Program-made: the position numbers and the translations under genes
Notes under the pieces: generated by a model
Database searches by the model: none
Told to the model about the DNA's origin: nothing
What the model saw: the letters and a program-made list of their open reading frames with translations, nothing else
NCBI RefSeq assembly: GCF_000284115.1
Contig: NC_017080.1
Location: 2,580,001-2,612,000, forward strand
Source: Phycisphaera mikurensis NBRC 102666
GTDB lineage: Bacteria; Planctomycetota; Phycisphaerae; Phycisphaerales; Phycisphaeraceae
Direction: 5' to 3'
Length of the DNA: 32,000 nucleotides
Part shown: positions 25,404 through 32,000 of the stretch, one piece after another
Layout: the number at the start of each line of letters is the position of its first letter
Numbering within the stretch: position 1 is the first letter of the stretch

Positions 25404-27200
25404 TCAGCGGCGGCGACGCAACGCGGCCAGCCCGCACCCCAGCAAGCCCAGCACCGCCGGCTCGGGCACCGCGGCGGAGCCCACCAGCGTGGTGACGCTG
25501 TGCGGCCGCAGCGTGAGCTCCATCAGGCCCTCCTCGTCGAGCGCCGCATCGTTGAGGTGCGCGAAGCGGGCTTGGGCGTCGCTGGCGAATCGCTCGAACA
25601 CGGTCGCGGCGAGCTGGAGGCTCGCGAGGTCCAGCGTGATCGCCTCCTCCTCGGCCGAGGTGTTGACGAGCACGAGCGTGAGCGTGCCCTGCGCCTCGTG
25701 GACGAAAGCCGACGCGAGCACGCCGGCGTCCTCCGCGACGCCGCCGCCGTCGATGCCGACGCGGACGGCGCCCGGCCGCACGTGGCGGAAGAAGTGCTTC
25801 AGGGCGTTGTAGTTCGCGCCGCCGGTGTCCTCGCCGTTGACGGCCTGCGACGGCGAGAGCCCGGGGTTGCCGTCCGCGAAGAGCCAGTAGACGTACGCGG
25901 AGACGTCGCCGTCGACCAGCGCGTGGTGGATGGACGCGGCGAGGCCCATCGCTCCGCCGCCGTCGCCCGCGGCGTCGGAGGTCCAGACGTCCGCCTGCCC
26001 GCTGGTCTCGGTCATCCAAAGCGGCTTGCCGTCGACGGCAAGGCCTTCCCGGGGGATCAGGCCGTCCTTGGGGCCGTACAGCGTGTCCTCGTCGTTGCGG
26101 TACACGTAGCCGAGCCAATCGTCGGTGCCGTCGGCTTTCTTGTTGTCCGCGGGCGTTCGACCGCTCTGCAGCTGCCTCCACATCGTGCCGCCGGCACCGG
26201 CGGCCCCCACGCCCGAGGCGTCGTAGCCGTGCACCGCGTAGGCGTCCAGCGCCGCGAGCGCACCGGGCGTCTCGCGGACCGCGTCGACGAACCGCATCGT
26301 TTGCCAGAAGCTGCCCGGGTCGTCCAGGTCGCCCGAGCCGACGGTCTCGGGCCCGAAGAGCTCCGTGTCGAGGCCGGCTCTCTCCAGCTCGGCGGCGACG
26401 TCGACCAGCGTCCGGGCGTAGACATCCGGGCTGTAGACGGTGCTGCCGTAGAAGGTCGACAGCCGCGGCTCGTTGGCGAAGCTGACGGCGTCGAGCTCGA
26501 CGCCCCAGCGGTCGCCGAAGGCCCGCGTGTAGCCGGCGACGAAGCGGCCGAATTCGGCGCGGTTTTCGGCGGTGTCGATGAGCGAGCCGCCGACGACGTT
26601 GGTCTCGTGGAGGAAAGGCGTCTTGGGGATCGGCCGGCCGAGCCCGTCGAGCCGCGGGATGGCCTCCCCGTCGACCCAATCGACCAGGTACCGGGGCTCG
26701 TTGTCGAACCCCCGCTCCTGCTCCTTCATCCAGATCGGCGGCGACCAGACGGTGCCGATGACCTTGAAGTCGTCGATCCGGCTGGCGTGCATCGCCCCGG
26801 CGAAGCGGCCGTAGATGCCCACCCGCCAGGCGTCCATGTCGAACTTCGCCGCGTTCTCCGCGGGGGTCCCGTCGAGCGCGACCGGGGTGGCGTACGACGC
26901 GTCGGCGTAGATCGCCTCGCGGGGCACCGGCTGGCCGGTGCGGGCGTAGCGATCGTGGAGGGCGGTGTGGTACATGTCGATCCGGAGGATCGACGCGCCC
27001 AGGTCGCGCGTGAACGTCTCCGACAGCGACCGGATCTTCTCGTCGCTGAAGGGGGCGAAACCGGGGATCGAGGCGCCGAAGCCCTCGATCGTCTGGTGGC
27101 GGTCGCCGGCGTCGATCGACACGCGCAGCGAACCCGCCGACGCCGCGGAGCCGACCGCCAGGCAGACGCCGGCCGTCGCGAAGCGGAGAGGAGGAGTCAT
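25404..27200 (-). CDS. Secreted glycoside hydrolase family 30-type enzyme with PEP-CTERM tail
   Basis: QTIEGFGASIPGFAPFSDEK; DAVSFANEPRLSTFYGS (acid/base NEP); KPLWMTETSGQADVW (nucleophile E); C-term AAVPEPAVLGLLGCGLAALRRRR. Confidence 0.88.
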   Translation of the reverse strand: MTPPLRFATAGVCLAVGSAASAGSLRVSIDAGDRHQTIEGFGASIPGFAPFSDEKIRSLSETFTRDLGASILRIDMYHTALHDRYARTGQPVPREAIYADASYATPVALDGTPAENAAKFDMDAWRVGIYGRFAGAMHASRIDDFKVIGTVWSPPIWMKEQERGFDNEPRYLVDWVDGEAIPRLDGLGRPIPKTPFLHETNVVGGSLIDTAENRAEFGRFVAGYTRAFGDRWGVELDAVSFANEPRLSTFYGSTVYSPDVYARTLVDVAAELERAGLDTELFGPETVGSGDLDDPGSFWQTMRFVDAVRETPGALAALDAYAVHGYDASGVGAAGAGGTMWRQLQSGRTPADNKKADGTDDWLGYVYRNDEDTLYGPKDGLIPREGLAVDGKPLWMTETSGQADVWTSDAAGDGGGAMGLAASIHHALVDGDVSAYVYWLFADGNPGLSPSQAVNGEDTGGANYNALKHFFRHVRPGAVRVGIDGGGVAEDAGVLASAFVHEAQGTLTLVLVNTSAEEEAITLDLASLQLAATVFERFASDAQARFAHLNDAALDEEGLMELTLRPHSVTTLVGSAAVPEPAVLGLLGCGLAALRRRR

Positions 27201-27302
27201 GTTGGAAGCTCCATCGGGACAGGCTGAAGCCCCCGTCGGCCCGAAGCCACGGGGGCAAACCCGGATGCGGAGCGTATCGGGCCTCAGGCCCCGTCGCTGA
27301 AG

Positions 27303-27348
27303 CCGCGGACCGCGGCTTCCACCGGCCCGCGTCGCCCGCGGTCCGCGG
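27303..27348. repeat. 46-bp dyad element, copy C, arms extended to 13 bp (CCGCGGACCGCGG / CCGCGGTCCGCGG)
   Basis: Arms at 27303-27315 and 27336-27348. Confidence 0.88.
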
Positions 27349-27540
27349 ATCCGCCCGCGTGAGGCGCGACGCGGTCCGATGCCCCCGCGCGGCGCGAGCC
27401 GGGGGCCGGGAGCCGGTGCGGAGCCACGCTCGACGGAGGCCGGACGCCGGGCCGCCGGCGCGCGAGCGGCGGCGTGGGTTCCTCGCGGCGAGCGGAGCGG
27501 GCGGGATCGAGTCCGTGCCGCGTCCGGTGTACCTTCGCCC

Positions 27541-27972
27541 ATGCCCGACGCCGACCGAAGCCGCTCCCGCACGCCGCCACGCGGTGACGCCGCGAAGCCG
27601 AAAGAAGCCGGCGCCGACGGGACGGATGCCGAGGGAGGGGGCGCTCCGAGGCGTCGGAAGGTCCGCACCCGGCAGTGCTTCCACTGCATGACGCCGTGCA
27701 CCGTGCTGCACCGGGTGCGCGTGGTGCGGGGCGGGCCGTGGGCGAGCGTGTGCGACCTGTGCTGGGGTCACCGCTGCGACGGCAACCCGCACTACGCCTA
27801 CGGCGGGCTCTGGACCGCCGGCCGGCTCACGCAGCCGGGGGAGCAGAGAGCGACCGCGGCGAAGCGTTCCCGGCCGGTGAAGGGCTCGCGGAAGCGCCCG
27901 TCGCGCAGCGGGTCGGGTCCGGCCGCCGGACCCGGCGGAGCGCCCCGGCCGGCCGACCCGCCGCGTCCGTGA
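27541..27972 (+). CDS. Small basic protein with paired CxxCxxxC motifs (putative zinc-binding)
   Basis: 143 aa from ATG 27541: RTRQCFHCMTPCTVLHRVRVVRGGPWASVCDLCWGHRCDGNPHYAYGGLWTAGRL flanked by Arg/Pro-rich tails. Confidence 0.65.
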   Translation: MPDADRSRSRTPPRGDAAKPKEAGADGTDAEGGGAPRRRKVRTRQCFHCMTPCTVLHRVRVVRGGPWASVCDLCWGHRCDGNPHYAYGGLWTAGRLTQPGEQRATAAKRSRPVKGSRKRPSRSGSGPAAGPGGAPRPADPPRP

Positions 27973-28050
27973 GGCGGAGGCGGCGCGTGGGCACCTCCCG
28001 CTCGGGCTCGCCCCACCCTCACCCCGAACGCCACCCCCCGCGCGGCGGGA

Positions 28051-28085
<35 letters not shown>

Positions 28086-28195
28086 ACCGTGCCGACGGAC
28101 GCGAACCGGAGACACAGCCCGCAGCGGCGGACGAAACCACGACTTCGCGCCTCGCGGAACCGGCTCGAACACCCGGGTCGATCCTGGGAGGCGTC

Positions 28196-29935
28196 CTACA
28201 TCCGCTCCGGCACGCCGATGCCCAGCAGGCCCAGCGCATCCTCCAGCGCCTCCGCGACGAGGCGCGAGAGCGCAAGGCGGCTGCCGCGGGTCGCCTCGTG
28301 CCCGTCCTTGAGCACCGGGCAGGCCTCGTAGAAACGGTGGTACAGCGTCGCCAGCTCGAAGGCCCACGCGGCGAGGCGGTGCGGTTCCAGGCTGTCGGCC
28401 ACGGCGTCGAGCGTCGCGGCGTAGCGGGCGAGGTGCAGCACCAACGCCCGCTCGGCGGGCGCCTCCGCCGCGATCGGAGGGAGGTCCGCCGCCTCGAAGT
28501 CGACCCCGCCCTTGCGGAAGATGCTGCGGATGCGGGCGTAGCTGTACTGCAGGTACGGGGCCGTGTTGCCCTCCAGCGCGAGCATCCTCCCCCAGTCGAA
28601 CACGTAGTCCTTGACCCGGTCGCCCGAGAGGTCGGCGTACTTGACCGCGCCGATCCCGACCAGCCGCCCCACCGCCTCGCGTTCGTCCGCCGGCAGATCC
28701 GGGTTCTTCTGCGCCACCACCGCCGTCGCCTTCTCGACCGCCTCGTCCAGCACGTCGGTCAGCTTCACCGTCCCGCCGTCGCGCGTCTTGAAGGGCCGCT
28801 TGTCGGGCCCGAGGATCGTGCCGAAGGCGGCGTGGTCCATCCGCGTCTGCGCGTCGGCGAGGCCGGCGTCGCGAGCGGCCGCGAAGAACTTCTGGAAGTG
28901 CTCCCGCTGCCGCGAGTCCACCACGTACACGAGCCGGTCGCCGCCGAGCTCCTTCACCCGGTGCGCCGCGGCCGCCAGGTCGGTCGTGGCGTAGCCGTGG
29001 CCGCCGTCGGACTTCTCGATGATCAGCGGCGTCTCGAAGCCCGCGACGAACACGCACAGCGCCCCGTCGCTCCGCGTCGCGTGGCCGCCCGATTCGAGCC
29101 GCCGGCAGAGCGGGCCGAGCGCCTCGTTGTACGCCGACTCCGGCTTGAGGTCGCCGTCGTCGAGCAGCAGCCCCAGCCGCGCGAACACCTCGTTCATGTG
29201 CCGCAGCGACTCGCCGATCAGCGAGCGCCAGAACGCCCGCGCCTCCGGCTCGCCCGCCTGCAGCGCCACGACCCGCCTCCGGGCCGATTCGGCGAAGGCG
29301 GGATCCGCATCGTCGCGCCGCTTCGCTTGCTGGTACAGCTCGTTGAGGTCGCCGATGGCCCGATCCTCGCCCTCGCGATCCGCCCAGCCGGTCTCGATCA
29401 GGTGCTCGAGCAGCATCCCGAACTGCGTTCCCCAGTCGCCGATGTGGTTCTGCCGGATGACCCGGTCGCCGCGTCGCTCCAGAACCCGGCACAGCGCGTC
29501 GCCGATCACCGACGACCGCAGGTGCCCCACGTGCATCTCCTTCGCGAGGTTCGGGCTCCCGTAGTCGACGACCACCGTCGTGCCCGTCGGCTCGCCCGGC
29601 CGCGTCGGGTCGAGCCCGGCCGCCAGCTCGCCGAGCGCCTCCGCCGACAGCGTCAGGTTCAGAAACCCCGGCCCCGCGACCGCGGCCGGGCCCGCGAGCA
29701 GCCCGCCGGCGTCGCCGAGCGCGGCGGCGATCGCCTCCGCCACCTCCCGCGGCTTCCGCTTCAGCTGCTTCGCCAGCCCCATCGCCGCGTTCGCCTGGAA
29801 GTCCCCGAAACGGGGGTCGCTTGCCGGCCGCAGCATCGGCTCGGCATCGGCCGGCGCATCGGGCAGCGCCCGGCGGATGGCTCTGTGGATCGCGGCCTCG
29901 AGCTGGATCTGCGGGTCGGTCGGTCGCTCAGGCAT
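28196..29935 (-). CDS. argS: Arginyl-tRNA synthetase
   Basis: VVVDYGSPNLAKEMHVGHLRSSVIGDALCRVLERRGDRVIRQNHIGDWGTQFGMLLEHL; C-term YHRFYEACPVLKD...ALEDALGLLGIGVPERM. Confidence 0.97.
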   Translation of the reverse strand: MPERPTDPQIQLEAAIHRAIRRALPDAPADAEPMLRPASDPRFGDFQANAAMGLAKQLKRKPREVAEAIAAALGDAGGLLAGPAAVAGPGFLNLTLSAEALGELAAGLDPTRPGEPTGTTVVVDYGSPNLAKEMHVGHLRSSVIGDALCRVLERRGDRVIRQNHIGDWGTQFGMLLEHLIETGWADREGEDRAIGDLNELYQQAKRRDDADPAFAESARRRVVALQAGEPEARAFWRSLIGESLRHMNEVFARLGLLLDDGDLKPESAYNEALGPLCRRLESGGHATRSDGALCVFVAGFETPLIIEKSDGGHGYATTDLAAAAHRVKELGGDRLVYVVDSRQREHFQKFFAAARDAGLADAQTRMDHAAFGTILGPDKRPFKTRDGGTVKLTDVLDEAVEKATAVVAQKNPDLPADEREAVGRLVGIGAVKYADLSGDRVKDYVFDWGRMLALEGNTAPYLQYSYARIRSIFRKGGVDFEAADLPPIAAEAPAERALVLHLARYAATLDAVADSLEPHRLAAWAFELATLYHRFYEACPVLKDGHEATRGSRLALSRLVAEALEDALGLLGIGVPERM

Positions 29936-29948
29936 GAGCGGGGGAGAC

Positions 29949-30105
29949 TAGAGCATCTTGTGCCGTTTCCTGACGAGCCCGCGTCCGCGGGGCGTGTCCC
30001 TCGCGAGGCGGCGAAGCCGCCCTGCCCCTGCGGGGCGATGCAGCCGACGGAGCGTGGGGCACGATCCGCCCGCAGCGGCGCTCAGGAGAGGGCGCACGGC
30101 GTCCT
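29949..30105. repeat. Dispersed structured repeat copy 2, directly upstream of argS
   Basis: Core 29981-30075 matches 16486-16580 (13 mismatches in 95, no gaps). Outer arms again inversely related. Confidence 0.88.
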
Positions 30106-30198
30106 CCTCGAGAGCAAGAAGGCACCCGCCGAGGAGAGGAAGCTCCGGGAGGAAGGACAGGGACGCTCGGCCGCCGCCTCCGCAAGGCGTGCCCCCCT

Positions 30199-30900
30199 TC
30201 AGCTCTGCTCGCTCTTGCGGATCCGCTCGTGGATCGCGTGCCGCGTGAGCTCGTTGCCGTTCTTGAGGCGCAGCTTCGCCTTGATCTTCTCGCGGTAGGT
30301 CTCGACGGTCTTCACCGAGAGGTGCAGCGTGGCGGCGATCTCGCGGGAGCCCATGCCGTCGCCGATCATCTCGAAGACCTCCAGCTCGCGATCCGAGAGC
30401 TGCTCGACCGCGGAAGGGCCCGGCTCGCCGTCGGTGCTCTTCTGCGTGGCGACCCGGGCGGCGGCGGCTTCGGAGAGGTACACCTCGCCGGCGGCCACCC
30501 GCCGGACGGCGGCGACGATGTGGTCCGTCGCGAGGTCCTTGCGGAGGTAGCCCGAGGCGCCGGCACGCAGCACCCGATCGACGTAGAGGGATTCGTCGAG
30601 CATCGAGCAGACGAGCATGCGGATCTTCCAGCCGTTGCCGTTGATCTGCTTGATGAGCTCGAGCCCGTGGCCGTCCCCCAGGGACAGGTCCACGAGAGCG
30701 ACGTCGGGCTTGAGGCGTTCGAGCTCGCGGTGCGCCTCCGCGATGCTGGAGGCCTCGCCGACGACGTCGAGGTCGCTCTCGTCGTTGATGAGCTCCGCGA
30801 GGCCGCGGCGGACGATCGGGTGGTCGTCGACGAGGACGACGCGGACGGTGCGGGCCGCGCCGGCGGGCGGGCTCTCGGGGTGGGATCGAAGCAGGGGCAT
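30199..30900 (-). CDS. NarL/LuxR-family response regulator
   Basis: VRVVLVDDHPIVRRGLAELI...DVALVDLSLGDGHGLELI...GASGYLRKD; HTH LSDRELEVFEMIGDGMGSREIAATLHLSVKTVETYREKIKAKL. Confidence 0.95.
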   Translation of the reverse strand: MPLLRSHPESPPAGAARTVRVVLVDDHPIVRRGLAELINDESDLDVVGEASSIAEAHRELERLKPDVALVDLSLGDGHGLELIKQINGNGWKIRMLVCSMLDESLYVDRVLRAGASGYLRKDLATDHIVAAVRRVAAGEVYLSEAAAARVATQKSTDGEPGPSAVEQLSDRELEVFEMIGDGMGSREIAATLHLSVKTVETYREKIKAKLRLKNGNELTRHAIHERIRKSEQS

Positions 30901-30991
30901 GGGCGGGGGTCGGGGGGGGTTCGGAAGCTGAGGGGCGGGGGCGGATCTTGACGTCGATCCAAGCAGGGGGAAGAAGCCGGGCGGAGGGAAC

Positions 30992-32000
30992 TCAGCGGGG
31001 CACGGTGACCCGGACGCACGTGCCGCGGCCGCTGCCGGTGGGCAGCGGCGAGCCCGAGCTGCCGGGCCGGCCGATCTCCAGGCGGCCGCCGACCTCCGAA
31101 GCCCGGTAGCCGAGGATCTGCATCCCGCGGCCGGTGCTCTCGGAGTCCAGCATGCCGGAGCCCTCGCAGGACGTGCCGCAGCCGTCGTCGGTCACGCTGA
31201 GCACCAGCGCCGCGTCGTCGACCAGGAGCTCGATCTCGATGAGCTCGGCGTCGGCGTGGCGGGCGGCGTTGATCGCCGCCTCCTGCGCCATCGCGAGGAA
31301 GTGGTTGGCCGCCTCCTCCTGCAGCACGCCGACCACCGGCATGCAGCGGCTCGTGGCGGGCACGCCGTAGAAGTTCTGCACGTTCGACGCCACCTGGCCC
31401 AGCGCCACCGGCAGCTCTTCCACGGCGATCCGCTCGGGCGTCAACCCCGAGATCATCCGGCGGACCTCGGTGCTCGCCGACGCCACCACCTCGGCGATCT
31501 CGTCGAGGGCGGAGAGCTTCGGCACCTCGCCCCGCTTCACCTGGCGGCGGACCTTCTCGATGAGCATCCGCACGCCGGTGAACTGCTGGCCGATGCCGTC
31601 GTGGAGGTTGCGGCCCATCGCCTGGCGCTCCTCCACCGCCTTCTCCAGCACCGCCGCCTGCAGCGCCGACTGGCGCTGCTCGGTGATGTCGGTAACGACG
31701 GCGAGCACGCCCAGCGGCTCGCCGTCGGCGTCGTAGAGCGGAGACTTGTCGGTCCGCAGCCAGATCCGCTTGCCCGAGGGGAGGGTCTGCTTCTCCACGT
31801 ACCCGAGCTTGGCGACGCCGCTCTTGAGCACGTCCATGTCGTCGGCGTAGTAGCTCGCGGCCTCCTCCGGGAACAGCTCCTCGGTGCTGCGGCCCTCGAT
31901 CCGGTCCAGCGGCATCCCCATCAGGTCCGCCACCGCCTGGTTCACACGCAGCACGTTGTTGTGGCAGTCCTTGAAGAAGATGAGCGCCGGAACCGCGTTG
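30992..32000 (-). CDS. PAS-domain sensor histidine kinase (NarX/HisKA_3 type), 5' end beyond window
   Basis: PAS-PAC KQTLPSGKRIWLRTDKSPLYDADGEPLGVLAVVTDITEQR; HisKA_3 ERQAMGRNLHDGIGQQFTGVRMLIEKVRR; HATPase VLSVTDDGCGTS...TGRGMQILGYRASEVGGRLEIG. Confidence 0.93.
   Translation of the reverse strand, partial: NAVPALIFFKDCHNNVLRVNQAVADLMGMPLDRIEGRSTEELFPEEAASYYADDMDVLKSGVAKLGYVEKQTLPSGKRIWLRTDKSPLYDADGEPLGVLAVVTDITEQRQSALQAAVLEKAVEERQAMGRNLHDGIGQQFTGVRMLIEKVRRQVKRGEVPKLSALDEIAEVVASASTEVRRMISGLTPERIAVEELPVALGQVASNVQNFYGVPATSRCMPVVGVLQEEAANHFLAMAQEAAINAARHADAELIEIELLVDDAALVLSVTDDGCGTSCEGSGMLDSESTGRGMQILGYRASEVGGRLEIGRPGSSGSPLPTGSGRGTCVRVTVPR

Overview
High-GC bacterial chromosome segment. Gene content and style (bactofilin, PEP-CTERM proteins, planctomycete-like glycoside hydrolases) suggest a Phycisphaera-like planctomycete, but this is inference only. 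I support about 20 protein-coding genes, most on the minus strand: SDR oxidoreductase, TIGR04283-like glycosyltransferase, DUF547 lipoprotein, class I/II aminotransferase, MlaF/MlaE/STAS cluster, bactofilin, GH10-like protein, HEAT-repeat protein, IlvD, polyprenyl synthase, PAS-GAF-receiver protein, BON-MscS channel, two PEP-CTERM proteins (one a GH30 hydrolase), RecG, dihydroorotate-dehydrogenase-like protein, DsbD-like protein, RusA-like small protein, Cys-rich small protein, ArgS, and a LuxR-type response regulator next to a sensor kinase. No tRNA, rRNA, CRISPR array or transposase gene was recognised. The strongest unexplained signal is a family of dyad elements exactly 46 bp long, CCGCGGACCG-N26-CGGTCCGCGG. 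There are four perfect copies and one copy with a single arm mismatch, at about 0.8, 7.2, 11.5, 21.2 and 27.3 kb, plus a 67-bp variant at 16.7 kb. Two of the copies and the variant lie in coding sequence (bactofilin, recG, MscS). Other dispersed structured repeats are a ~160-bp multi-stem element present twice (86% identity over a 95-bp core), a 72-78 bp element with 12-bp terminal inverted repeats present twice, a 61-bp hairpin, and an octamer G-run tandem array between mlaE and mlaF.
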